From assembly GCA_000708835.1 (NCBI GenBank), contig DF237172.1, positions 1 through 64,000 of the forward strand: a stretch of DNA of 64,000 bases. The letters run 5' to 3'. Below the pieces are notes generated by a model. It did no database searches. It saw only the letters and a list, made by a program, of their open reading frames with translations, and was not told where the DNA came from. Shown here one piece after another: positions 11,001 through 23,265 of this stretch (the first letter of the stretch is position 1; each line of letters starts with the position of its first letter). The DNA is from Klebsormidium nitens (taxonomy: Eukaryota > Plantae > Klebsormidiophyceae). Both the position numbers and the translations under genes were made by a program.

Positions 11001-14000
11001 TGGCTGTTGATTGCACTCACAAAGGTGTAGTACACAGCGGGAACAAGGATTCCAAATAAGGAAAATTGAGAAGAAGGGAGAGTTTGGAAGGTCAAAAACC
11101 TCCGTGACGAGGACTTACGGCGTTCGTGAAAAGGCGGCTGAAGAGGTACGAGCGCAGCATGGAAAAGTCTCGAATGTAGAAAGCGTAGTAGAAGAAGCCC
11201 ATGAAGGACTGGAGGAAGTAGATGACGAACGTCTGCAGCATACAGTTGAGGGGTCATTGTGAGGGAACGGTTTGGACTTTGATCGGGACCTTCGCAAAAA
11301 GTCGCGAGGAAGAAAGTAGAAAAAGTAAGATCGAAGGGGCTTCTCGTTTCGAAGCCTGCAAGATGAACGAGTTGAGAGCGGTGAAAGCTTGCCGTCACAT
11401 GTAAGGTATGAACAAGCGAGAAAACATGATGTCTGACAGAGACCCAATCATTCCGGGGAAGCGGGAACCCCTAACCAGGCGCAAACTTACTGCAGAGATC
11501 TGCAGAGACGATTGTTTGCGAGCCTCCCCTTGATCCTTCTCCTTAAGCCCCAAAATCTGAGCGCTCTGTGAGACATGTTTCCGGACCTGATTGCAAGCGC
11601 TCCTCACCTTGTAGACCAGTGCATCCGCTTCTTGTTCCGTTGCTAACGAACGTCTGCGGCGCAGAGCAATGCTGGAGCCAAGCTTGGGTGACCTGGCCCT
11701 ATAGCGGTTACACCGTAAAAGCCTCTGCAGATTTCCCGTTCCGAGGCTGACTGTAAAACCTCACCTTATAGACCAGCGCGTCGGCCTCCTGCTCCTTGCT
11801 GACGAACGTCTGCGTCTTGTTGAGGCGCATCGCGACGCTGGAGCCCAGCTTGGTGATCTGGCCTGCGATCCCCGAGTTGGCGCCTAGCAGTACGTACTTG
11901 AACGGGGAGCCGCCGAGAGCGTGGAAGCAGTACACAAACAGCATCTCGTATGGGGCCTGACGGAGGACAGGGCGATCAGACAGGAATTTCTACCAAGAAT
12001 TGTTTCAATATTCAAACTTATAAAAAAGATGCCTACGATCAACCAATTAATTCGTGAAAACCAAAAACCAAAGGATCAATCAAGCCGAACTCGAGCTCTA
12101 CACCAGACTTGGTCATCGAAATCCAGGCTTGGTTCGTCGATATTTGGGGGTAACGTTACGCGTGCGCGGATCGTTTGGTGGTTGTTTGGAACTTTCTTAG
12201 CAACCGCTGCTGTGAAGTTTCAACGCTTTTGCTGCTGCTCGAAAACTTCCTCTCTCTCTTTGGCGCTGAGCAGTGTCCATCAGCTCATCGGCCCAACCTA
12301 GACTTGCGTATCCCAAAAGTAGACGTATAAAGTCTCTGTGTGATGCCCGGTCTTCTGCCCCTACCCAAAAGAGACACGCAGTCGCTTTCTCTCTGAACCT
12401 GCAACTGTCAACATATATGACCGACCAATCAGGATGTTGCTTCTGTAGATATTAAAAAATAAGAAGAACGTCAGCCTTGTCTGTTTCCTGGACTCCGCTG
12501 CCTCAGAAAGCTGATATAAACCACTCGGACGCTCGGACTTTCTACGACTTCAATGCCAGAGTGATCAGAACCTTATTAGACTTGCCGCCGGCCTATACCT
12601 GCAGAAGGAAGATACCCCCCACGGCCACCAAGTTGTTCTTCATTGTCAGCAGCCGGTCCTTCCACTCCTCCCGCTGCAGAGCGCGGCTCGGGCCGTCCAC
12701 CGCCGGACGCTGCGCGATTCCGTGGCTTGGCTCGTTCGTCGGCTCGTCCCACGGTTGCGTCGTGTGCACTTCGTCTTGCTCGATGTTCACCTCCCATCTG
12801 AAAGAGATCACGAATCTGTCACTAACGAAAGAGTGTTCAATAGGAGTTGATATCCCCAAACTCCAGGCACAAGAAGCGTTTGAGAGGAAGGCAACCAAAA
12901 GTCCTACGGACGGTGTCGCCTCCTTCATTTCCATTGGAAATAAACTGCCATGGCAGTGAGCCGGGTTAAGTCCACATAGCGCCAACTTCACCGTTCCCTC
13001 ATTCGTCACTCGCCATTCGTCGCGTCCACGTTCTGACCCTGAGCGTCGTGGATCTACCCGAAACGCAGGTCCACATAGCTGACAAGCACGCTAGAGGGCC
13101 TCCTGATGTCGACTTATACCCCCGGGCTTCTCCTCGTTCCCACCGTTGTCATCGCGCATTCTAAATGCCAGAAAATTTTCCAGCGACACATTCTGGACAT
13201 CCTTAAACTCACCTGGCCTGCAGCTCGGTGTTGTACCGCTTCCAGAAGGCCAGGAAGGCGACCGCCCACATGACGACCACCATCGCAAACAAGGGCGGAA
13301 CCAGGCTGTTCCACGACCTGCGACGAAAGAAAAAGGTAAGCATCAACAATTGTGAACCGAAGAAGAAGCGCGCTGCACAAGCTCCTCGCGAAGAGGCTAC
13401 GATATTGACGAATCTGTGTAATGGAATGATATTGCCTCAAGTGAGAGCAGATGAAGAGAGACTCGGTAGAGCGCAAAGGTAAGTCGTAGGCTAAAACAGC
13501 CTTCCGAGCGGCAAGATCGCACTTTTTTATCTCAGGAACAAAAGTCAAATCTGACTTATTTTGAGTGAATCGAAGTGACCAAAAAGATATGTGACCAGTC
13601 AACATCTGTCAACTCGCGAGTAAAAGTGCCATTGAATGAGCCCTCATTGGGCCCATACAGGCCATACAATGGGAAGGATAAACCGGTATCGATGCTTTAC
13701 AGACGCTGACTAGGCTAAGCTTGAGGTTCAAATAGCAACGATCAGAACGGCGAAGAGACGGAGGCCGCACCTGAGATCGACGAAGTGAAGCAGCGCGCCC
13801 GCCACTGCCGGGAAGACGAGCCACGTTGTGTAGTACCCCAGGAATGCAAAATACATGGCGACCTGCAAGAAATGCACGGTGGATTTGTAATGTAACGATG
13901 ACTACTAAGAAAGTCGTTTCCTAAAAGCAGCTCTTTGTTCCCCAGGTTGGGCGCTGTGCAAAACGTTAGAAACTCTAAGATCTTTTCACAATTGGCAGAA

Positions 14001-16927
14001 GGATCATAGGTCAGAACAGGTGCCGTAGTGCAATAGTATTCAGGCTTATAGTCACGTAATTGGCAACTGTCTTAAAGAAAAAAGTCCATTTGTAAACGGG
14101 ACTGTTCCAGAGGGTCTTGTAAGCTCCTGAATCTTAAGCTTTGGCCTTAACAGATTCAGCACATTTATAAGATAAGCTAGGAAAAGGCAGTCTTAGGGTA
14201 CTCTGTTTCTAATAATTGTTGAGTTTCTAGGTCGTCCAAGACCTAAGCTCATCAGAAGTCAATTCCTGTATCATCCACGAACGAGTCTGGGACGTTTTCG
14301 GCGTTTTATAAGGCGGAGTCAGATCCATGAACAATTCCCGAGGATGACCTGAATGTTGGTTGAGGCGCGCGTTTCTTTTTGCGGATGTGAGCTTGGAAGT
14401 TGACAAAAGTAACGACAAAGGCCAGAAAGCCAGAAAGGGTGGTACCCAAAAAGCCAGAAAGGGTTGTACCGGAATGGGAAATTTGGCTGCACATTCTTAT
14501 AGTGAACCCACCGTATGCTTTACTTGTTCAAAATCATTCCTTGCCATGAAGATTGTGATCTGAACCGTCCAAAGCCCTCTTAGGAACCCACACAGACGGA
14601 CCAAAGCTGAACATCGCTTGAATTCAGATGGTCATGAAGCCAGCAGCAAAGAAGTGCATTGTGTTTCACGATGCGCTTCTTTGCTGCTGGCTTCATGATG
14701 CGCTTCTTTGCTGCTGGCTTCATGATGCGCTTCTTTGCTGCTGGCTTCATGATGCGCTTCTTTGCTGCTGGCTTCATGACCATCTGATTCGGATGTCTTG
14801 CGGGCTGGTGCATACCTTGAGACCGAAGTAGGAGTAGATATCGTCCAGCGGCTGCTTGGTGCCTCCCAAGAAGTTGAACGGCCAGTGGCGGACAAGCTCC
14901 TGCCGTTGAGACTCGTCTGCAGAAGGCACACCGGGAGTCGATTCGGAATAAACAGCTAAGTACAAACATTTTCCAGGCTTTGTTGCAGAGCCAGAGGCCC
15001 AAGCCTTGGCAGGCCCTTCACTGTTATACTCTACGACGTGAGGCCTTTTTGGATTCCACAGTTTCCTAGGACCATATTCGGGTAACCCTTGAAATCTCAG
15101 CCTGCCTGCAATGGCCCTTGAGGGCACGTGAACAAAAGTCCCAGACTCGTGTGCGTCAGCTCAACCACTTTGAAGGAGGACCCAAGAATACGAGGAAGCT
15201 CACTGTGCAGAGGGAAGATGTCCGTCACTGCCCCCTTCTCGCGCAGCGCCGCGACAGCTTTGGTGCCCCGGGTGATCTCGAGATGGCCCTTTCCGCCTGG
15301 GAGCGCCAGCACGGTGGGGCTACTGGTCTTGGCCTCCTAGAAAATGAGAAGTTCGTTGGTCCAGGACGAGTAGAATCCGATCGAGCGAAAAAGCAGGCAT
15401 TGCCTTGTAGGAAACCCAAATGCTTGATTGTTGAGTGTTTCGAGAATGCAGATGGTGTGATCGCCTGCTAGATGAGCAATTCGGCCTTTTGATGCACGGG
15501 CGCTACACTAGCATTGTATTGCAGACGCAAAAGCTTCTAAGTTTAAGTCCCCTTCCTGATTGCATTATCCCACAATGGATATTCCGCAGAGAAGTGCTTG
15601 CCAATACGCCTGAAATTGAGAGCCAATTGCAGACCCGGTGCCCGCTTCCAACTCCTTTGGCCTCTTGGGCTATTATACTGAAAACGAAGGCAGACTCACA
15701 ATGCTTTCAATGATGGACTCGAGGCACTGGTAACGCTCCGTCCGGCTGAAAAGAGCTCCATCAGGCTGAGGGACGAAAGAGTCTCGCAGATCCCAACTGA
15801 AATGTGTGTCAATTCCTGAAAAACAGACACGGGACCGAGTTGGTGGGGCAATGAACAGAGTGGGCAGAAACAGGGATGATGTAAGAAGAACGCCCTATTG
15901 CATTACGGGGGTCTACTGCCACGGCGCCAGAAAAGTGGGCACGTGAACGCATACTCAAAAGACAACTGGCTTCTTGGAGGGGGAGATTGTGGCAGAATCC
16001 GTATCAGCATTCGTCTTTGACATTGCTACTGCTTGAAGCCCGTAGGTCCTTCTACAAAAGAGAAGCTTCAGAGAGCCAGACAAAAGACACATGGGCGTGA
16101 AATGCGCCCAGTTCTCAAGCCCTGTAGCCTTGATAGCAAGTCTATCTCCTTCCTGCTTGCTTCAACAATCAGAGATTGGACTCACCCAAATTTGTCAACT
16201 TCGTCAACTTTAGTCGCTCCGCCTCTCTTCCAATCACCTCCAGCGGGGCACCCACCTGCAACAAGTGGGCTTTCACATAGTACTCTGCCAATTCGAGAAG
16301 CTCTATGTGGGACACCCTAAAACTGTGAAGATGATCCCCACAGTGCATCTTTCGCCAGGATCATTCTGGGCCCGGACTTCAGAGATCCACCGCAATTGCT
16401 CAATGTGACCCGGAAAATGCCAACCACTATATGTTTGCAGCATGCAGCTGTTGCTGAGAATGTTATCGGGACTATTTGCCATTTGGTGTTTCAATGTTGT
16501 GGTGGACAAGCGCAAATAAGGAAGTTACTGTCACAGACTATCACCAGCACCGCAGCACGCAGAGCCTTTGCTACAGAGCACGACGGCATTTCAAAGTGGA
16601 AACCAGGTTTACTTACAAGTAAGTATGCCAACGATTGCTTCTTTGATGTCTGAAAACACCCAACACGCCACATGCATGCAGCTGTGACTAGTAGCAGCAC
16701 CTCACTTTGAGAAACTGCTCCGCATTCCTCCCCATCACTCGGTCCACCTTCAACCCGGCAGCCTCCAGGCCCTGCACCAGAGCATCAATGGCATCCTCTG
16801 CTCCTACTCTCCTCATTTCATAATTGTTCCCATTCTGCCGGTCCGCAGCACACACTATTGCAATCTCTGGCTCGACAGCTTCATGAGCAAAGGGCTTCTC
16901 CCCAAACCTGGCGAGTCCTGTCGCCAT
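8038..16927 (-). CDS. TMEM16: anoctamin/TMEM16-family protein (plant At1g73020 type), 14 exons, 673 aa
   Basis: Exons 16927-16706, 16255-16186, 15815-15700, 15336-15204, 14916-14816, 13862-13771, 13317-13213, 12797-12599, 11956-11765, 11232-11119, 10540-10470, 9878-9554, 9171-9013, 8160-8038. All GT-AG and in phase (2022 nt). Motifs: QPLDDIYSYFGLKVAMYFAFLG, FWKRYN, FDDFLELALQFG...NNLAEIRSDSFKL...RRP...IGAWLNIFQ, VEHLLL. Confidence 0.95.
8785..8928 (-). repeat. two decayed tandem echoes of anoctamin exon-13 tail plus donor plus intron start
   Basis: 8909-8928 matches exon tail 9013-9032 at 18/20, with donor gtcaatctgtc versus gtcagtctgtc. A weaker third unit has its donor at 8784. Donor-to-donor spacing is 104 and 124 bp. 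Confidence 0.85.
11602..11698 (-). pseudogene. decayed duplicate of the 3' half of anoctamin exon 9 with its gtgagg donor
   Basis: Reads GQVT-KLGSSIALR-QTFVS-TEQEADALVYK|gtgagg versus the live GQITKLGSSVAMRLNKTQTFVSKEQEADALVYK|gtgagg. Carries two +1 insertions and a 10-nt deletion. Confidence 0.9.
12029..12106 (+). pseudogene. rps12: organelle-derived (probably mitochondrial) rps12 5' fragment, NUMT
   Basis: ATG at 12029 gives MPTINQLIRENQKPKDQSSRTRALHQ, the RPS12 N-terminus (MPT.NQLIR...RTRAL). A/T-rich codons and an AT-rich leader. Breaks off before the conserved CPQ. Lies in anoctamin intron 8. Confidence 0.75.
14624..14790. repeat. fold-back hairpin whose right arm holds four tandem 27-bp units
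   Basis: Left arm 14624-14663, loop ttt. Units ca(c/t)gatgcgcttctttgctgctggctt at 14667, 14694, 14721 and 14748. The tail catgaccatctga is complementary to the start of the left arm. Confidence 0.93.
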
Positions 16928-17263
16928 GACGTTCCTCAAAAACGCTGCAAAACGCTTTTGGTGCAGAGGCTTGATTCAGCACAACAAAAGGGCAACTTTT
17001 CCTCCTTACAAAGAAGCAACCCTAGTTTCTGACGACTGAGCTCGCGAGGCAACAGGCAACCCAGTGCCCAGCTTTGATCGGCAACTTCCACTTCAAGCCT
17101 GCTCAACAGGGCAAGCATGCACAGTGTAGAAAGCGAATCCGCTCCTGCCACCTGGCACGATCTGGACAGATTGACGAAAGTAGGGGCATCGACTTGATCC
17201 AACGGTGTTATGCTAAGTTGAGAACTTGAGTCTAGAGTATGCAGCCGAGGCAGACGATCCACT

Positions 17264-17456
17264 CTGGCAACTCTTGCTTTCACTAAGGGGTGCTTTCACT
17301 AAGACAGGCACCCGGGGGACGGGTGGGGTTGGTCTGGGGGTTAGGGTGGGTACGGGTTCGGAGCGGGTCATTATTTAGGTTAGAGTTTTTGGTTGAGGAG
17401 CCCGGGGCTCCTGTATCTTAGTGAAAGCACCCCTTAGTGAAAGCAAGAGTTGCCAG
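17264..17456 (+). mobile_element. G-run-core fold-back element, arm type a
   Basis: Perfect 41-bp TIRs (ctggcaactcttgctttcactaaggggtgctttcactaaga). Core 17318-17392 gacgggtggggttggtctgggggttagggtgggtacgggttcggagcgggtcattatttaggttagag. No TSD; flanked by T|...|T. Confidence 0.88.
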
Positions 17457-20400
17457 TATGCAGACGACTCCAATCAGTGCGCTCGCACCGTCGATTGAAA
17501 AGGTCCTGGTATGAACGACCAGGATTGCAAGATCGCGTGTTTCGCCTTCTCTCATTTGGCATCTCTATTGTATCGTGTTGTCAGCTAGGGAGAAGGATCT
17601 ACTCAAAGGAAAGCACCATGTGGACGCCAGTGCTAGTAGTAGCAGTCACTGGAAGTCAGGAGGGACTCAGGACGTGATGCCTTTGGTAGCACATCTGTTG
17701 CATTGCTTGTTCAAAGCTGTTCTTGATGAATCGCCAGTTCGTCGACACCGTGTTCAATGCAGCAAGGCTCAGGCAAGTACTTGAAGCTGAGGGTGCAGTA
17801 GACGGCGGTGTAGGACGAGTCTGCTGCGCTTGGCAGCTAAGAGAAACAGTGGTTGCGCCAGCTCAGTAGTTGCTCCGCTTCACTATTGCACCTGTACATG
17901 GAGATTGTGCTGGCTGTCTGCTGATTCATGGCAATGCCTCACATTGTTTCCTGATTTTGGCAAGCACTGTGTACAGTCCCTGTCCCAGCGGTTGTCTTGC
18001 AATTGTGGGCCCACCTTCTGGCGCACACCGTTTGTGTTGGACATGGGGAAGAAGAATAAGGGCAGAGCCGCCGGGCCCGCAAAGGTGGCCGTGTCTGGGC
18101 CCAGTGAAATTGAGATTGTGCGATTCGAATGTGAAAAGGCAATCAAGTCGTTAAAGAACAACCCGCAGCGGGCTCAGAAAACGATCAAGGAGACCTGCCA
18201 GAGGCACCCCAATGTCTCCCTGGGGTTCAGGTACCATGCGTACATTGAGAGGCGGCTGGCAGAGCATCAGCATGATGCGAGCGCGCTTAAGAAGCGGCAT
18301 GTGACTGCCGCGCTGGAAGCTGCAAATCGGGCCACGGTCCTGAGCCCCAACTCGATGGAGCACGGTTTCTTCTATGCAACGCTCTTGCAGGAGTATATGC
18401 CTCTGCGGGAGGGCAGGGAGAGGAACGTGGAGGCTGTTGCTGAGTGTGAGCGCGCGCTAGCGATTGCTGAACCAACAGATCCTGCAGAAGACATGCTCGA
18501 CGAGCTGCCAGAGGAGTTGAGAACAGCGGAGGTGAGAATTGCGCACTTCAAGCACCAGCTGCGGCAGCTCTCTTGCCAGATTAAGCTCACAGACCTTCAG
18601 AACATCTTCAAGAACGGCAGTGTGGATGCAAACGGGAATTTCGTGCCGCTGACTACAAAGGTGCGCACGGAAATGGGGTCGGCACAGCCGCTATCAGAGC
18701 AGAGGAGGGCGGAGAAGATGGAGAAGACTTCCAAGGCGGAGGTGGAGCAGATATCGCAAAGAGAGGAGCAGCCGGTGGTGAGAGACGAGGAGCAGGAAGA
18801 GCAGCAGGGCGGCGATGAGGGCGAGAAGGGACTGGGTGAGATAAGCAAAAGTCAGAATGACGGTACGGAGGAAACGCTGAGCGAGGTCAAGGGTGCCCAT
18901 GCGAAAAAGAGGCAGGACCTGGGCCAGGTCTCAAGCAGTGAGCCAGCGCAGCCGCTCAACCCAGGGGAGAGTGGGAAGGCGAGCAGCCCACAGGAAGAGG
19001 TCATGGAGACCGACGAGGAGGACGAAAATACTATGGAATGCAAAGAGTGAGTGCTGCCACACTCCCTTGAATGGTTGTCCTCAGCCACTTGCGCAAAATT
19101 GCCGAAAAGAGCCTGAAAAGATTGCCAGAGATTGCCAGAGATTGTCAAAGGCTCCTGATCATAACACGGTCACCATCTCTTTGCGTTCATAGGCTCAATT
19201 GGGATGAGGCCTTGGAACAAAGCAGCCACGCTGTAGAATGAGCGAAGGGCGATGTAAAGATTTCACAATCTCGCGGCAGCTTATGATGTTCTGTGTAAAC
19301 TACAGCCAGTTGTTTGTTCAGCTCCTACCGACGCCACCGACTGGTTTGAGCATAATGATTGCATGCCCTTCAAATTCCAGACTTGGTTTTGCAAAAAGTG
19401 CTGAAAGCTTGCAATCCTTTCAATCGTCTCCTCGTCAATCGCGAGAAGTGGAGAAATGCTGGTTATTTTGATTTCATAAGTGTAATGTCTGTTAGACCCG
19501 ACTTTCGAAACAAGGTATTTGGTACTTCCATTCTCCTCTTGAAAAGTTAGACCGCCAATCGAGCTGTTAGCCTTGTTTGCCCGTCATTGACATGCGCCTG
19601 GGAATAGTCAAAAGCTTGTCCTACAGTCAATCGATCTTTCTTTCCGCCTCCAGGTGCGACGCCACGTTTACGTCGGCAAACGAGTACCTGGCGCACCACA
19701 ATGTCGAGCACCCCTCCCTCCCGCCCGACGAACTCATCGTCCCTGTGGACCTCCCCGCCAACTTCGACGTCGACACGATGCTTCCGACAGACGGGCCGCA
19801 GGCTGCCAGGCTCATGCTAGAGGACGCCGTGAAAACACGCAACACTAACCATGGTTCAGGGAACTACTGTCCAACGCACGGTTTCGATGCGTGTCCTTCT
19901 CATTGGGGTATCAAGATTTGGACCTTCCGGTGGTTGAGGATTCGGAGCGGCGCGCGGCGCTGAGGGAGACGCTGACGACGGTGCGGGTGGCGATTGCGCG
20001 GAGGCGGCTGCTGTTGGCCCACCAGCACAAGATCTTCCAGTACTTGGTTAACGACTTGCAGGACATGCTTCCGGGTGAGTGCGAACCTTGCGCTCGCAAT
20101 TCGGATCAAGGTTGCATCAGATTTTGCGGAGGATTCGGAAAAGATCGAGGTTAGGGCTTTGCATCAAGCATATTATGGATGTAAGTGCATGAAGGAGACT
20201 GGAAAGCTGTCTCGTGCGAGGTGTGTTCCAGTTAAGGGTTCCTGGACAAAGTCTTAGACCCCAGTCTGATGTTTGCTGGGTTATATTTCTCAGGTGGACC
20301 TTGGTCAGATCCATCCTGCAAGAGACCAGAATGAAACTTGTGATTCTTCGAAATTCGCGAAGTTCTCTTTGTGTATTGTTTTTTGTTCGTTGTTGCTTTC

Positions 20401-22623
20401 ACAGGCTGCGATTCGACTACCTGTACGATTGTTCGTGTTAAACTTGTTAAGAGTCTGCACGCGACTGTGTTACGTGGACGAAGCAATATTTCTAGTTCTC
20501 GGTTCCTCCTGGAATAGCTGAATCGGAAAAGCTTTCAAGGCAGCCGGAGAGATTTCTTACCTCGTCCTCGAAAAAGTTTTTTTCACCCCCAGCCTAAGCC
20601 CCCTGCTTCGCTTACAGACCCTGCCGCCAGCGCGGAGTGGCAGCACGATTGGCACCTGTTGCGGATGGTGAACAAAGAGGACCTCGGCACCGTGCGGAGA
20701 TTTCTGCTAAACGAGGTTCTTCGCGACGACACAGAGACGGTGAGGTTCGACAAGCTAACTTCGTTCGGCCGGTGGATGAATCTTGCGGTTACCTGCCACG
20801 GAAAGGAGCACGAGGAGCGTACCCTTTTTATGATACTTGGCTGCTCGGTTCGAAGCAGGGCTTGAAACTTGCCTAAGGGCGCTGACCACTTATGCTTTTA
20901 GAATTGGTCGATGTTTCTAAATGCGAAGACGGGACGAATAGTGCCGGCCAGGCTCCGAGTTGCTGGTCGGATTAGAAAAATTTCACCCCCTTCTGGAGGC
21001 CACTCAGAAGCCAAGGCCTTCGCCATTTGCGCTGCAGATGATCAGCGGTCTTTTCAGCTCTTCTTCCTTGAATGAAGTCTTCTGGACGATACGGTTCTGA
21101 TGTATACTTCTTTCGAGGTTGTTCTACGTTTGATGGATGCCTGCCGTCAGATTTCGACCATCACAGTCGAGGGAGCCCTTAAGCGGTGCGCATATCGAAG
21201 TGGCTGCTCTCGCAACGGTTCGGTCGTTTTCAAATCCCTAAGCTATCGGGCTGTGCTGTCTTCATTCTAAGTTAGCTCTCAACATGTGTGCAGACAGAAG
21301 ACGGAGGCGATCCGAAGAGCACCAACCACTCTAGCAAGCCGGCGAGTGTCGAAGTTCCAAATCCGCTTACAGCGGCACCGGCAGGCGAGCCTTCAGCGAG
21401 GGGCGCGGTGGGAGAGTGAAGACCGCCCGCTTTGGAAGCCGTGTCGGAGGGACAAGGGGGGATTAGCGGGAGCGAGGCAAAGGCCTTGAACTACCTGATG
21501 CACGCGGACGGGTCCGCGGGAAGCGTCGGGATCGACGCGCTCCGGCAGCGGAACTTCGTGAAGGAAGCGGTGGACGACGTGACGAGCTGCATCCTGCCTT
21601 TTGGGGGGAAGGATGCGATTCAGCGCGCGCTCGGGGAAAAAGGTACGGAGCTGGTGAAGCACTTGCTCGGGTACGCGTCGGGGACCGGGGAAGCGGCTCT
21701 GCGCGGGTGTCCGGTCCACTTCCGGCGAATGAGCTTACAACAGGCGGGCGAGATCCTCAACGCATTCTGCAGCGAGCGCCTTCGGTGGCTGTTCACGTGG
21801 GACCTGCTCCGGAGCCCGCCGGTGCACTTTGCGGTTATGCAGACGTGGCTCGAGCGGCCGGAGAACGAGGGGCTTGGGGAGACGGTCCGGAGCATGGCAC
21901 TGGCGGCGCTACGGGTGCGCGCGTATGCGCTTGGGAAGCACTACCGGGCAGCCAAGGCGCGCTTGTTGGACGGAAGGGAGGTGGAAGCTGGGCGGGAAAT
22001 GGCGCATTTGGCACTGGCCGCTGCGGTTGCAACTGACGAGTTTGCGAACTGCATCTACCGAGAGACGACCGAGTTCTGCGGGCGGAAGTACGCGGACGCG
22101 CTGCTCAGCGCACGGGCCACCTTCACGGACGAGCCGGCGCCGGACACGGTCCCGGTTGATGCCATCTGGATTGAGAAAATCTTGACGGAGGCGGAGGCGC
22201 GTTTCGCCGAGGTTCCGGAGGGGCATCGGGGGTGGATTCAGACGAACTACGACATTTTGAATGGACTGAAGCCTGAGCTCCAAGCAGCCATTGAGGAGCT
22301 GAATTTTGCCAATCTCGTGAAGAAAATCGACGAGGGGGCGGTGAAGTATGGCACAGAAAGACGCTCCGAGGGCTGTGAGAGTGACCCAAGATGGGTCGTC
22401 AAGTCGTGCTTGAATGTGGCCGTCATCATGAAATGGGTGAGGCGGAAGCTGAGCGAGACCGGGGGCCGCTTTTTCTACGGCGAGGAGTACCTTGAGCGTG
22501 TTCTCCTAGGGACGGTAAGCCACCGTTTGCGGCTTGAGAAGCGCCACGTGGCGAGATTCCGAAGCCGACTGTTGGAGTACCTGATCGAGTTCTAACCGAT
22601 CAAGATCAACGTTCGATCGCAAA

Positions 22624-22696
22624 GGTTAAGGTTAAGGTCAGGGTTAAGGCTAAGGTTAAGGCTAAGGTTTGGTTCGGTCAAGGCCAAGGTTTGGTC
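22624..22696 (+). repeat. degenerate telomere-like hexamer array (GGTTAA)n
   Basis: ggttaa ggttaa ggtcag ggttaa ggctaa ggttaa ggctaa ggtttg... in an intron. Confidence 0.8.
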
Positions 22697-23151
22697 GCAG
22701 AGTTTTTGTTAAACTGCCGCTCAGTGGCCCACGAACAGACGTTGAGGGAGGAAAGGCTCACGATTGCATGCTTTCGTCCATATCTAAAGGTGCATGCATA
22801 CTGGCAAAAAGAAGTCCCGTACTCTGGGTTCATTTGTACACACGCGCATCGTTTACGCTGTACGAACGCGGTCGACCAGTTTGGCCTGGTACGACCCCCT
22901 TCGTGTCCCTATTTCTCTCTTTTCTGGTTGTCAACCACAAACAATTGATTCTCAGAATCCGCAACGGTCGGAAAGGCTTGCAGCACTTCGAGTACTCCTC
23001 CAAACACGGCGACCAACTTCAGTACACGTTCTGAATCTGTGACTCGCCGTCGGAAGTGATTAGAAAGAGCAGCAGATCAAGAGCTGCTTGACGGTTGGTG
23101 ACCAGGTTCGGATGCACGGGCATGCCAGCAGGATGTCTAGCTCTTATCAGC

Positions 23152-23265
23152 TTCCTAAAATCCAATTCCTGAAGCCCGATCCCTAAAGCCCGATCCTTCA
23201 AACCCAAATCACAAAACCGATCCCCAAAACCGATTCTCAAAATCCGGCTCCTAAAACCCGATTCT
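23152..23265 (+). repeat. degenerate 13-14-bp minisatellite, about 8 units
   Basis: Units resemble tccctaaa(a/g)cccga and lie directly upstream of the 23283 acceptor. Confidence 0.75.

Noticed and set aside
11017-11065. Candidate anoctamin exon GILVPAVYYTF with a gtgagt donor
   Set aside because: No AG acceptor. The exon at 10470-10540 (IIQNITEVGVP...) supplies the correct homology and phase.
14580-15002. ORF with histone-H1-like (MKPAAKKRI)n repeats
   Set aside because: It is a translation of the intronic 27-bp tandem repeat and overlaps a real exon in another frame.
19830-19915. Frame break as definitive proof of pseudogenisation
   Set aside because: A weak 62-nt intron (19854-19915) would restore the frame, so it is not counted as a firm lesion.
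21393-22389. Numerous long antisense or shifted ORFs over GC-rich exons (also 42653-44212, 46093-47773, 59583-60170)
   Set aside because: Shadow ORFs caused by high GC3 on the true coding strand.
22515-22595. ORF-track stops at 22595, 46354, 42583 and 41306 as true gene ends
   Set aside because: Each ORF passes a strong GTAAGC or GTGAGC donor at the homologous position, and downstream exons continue in phase.
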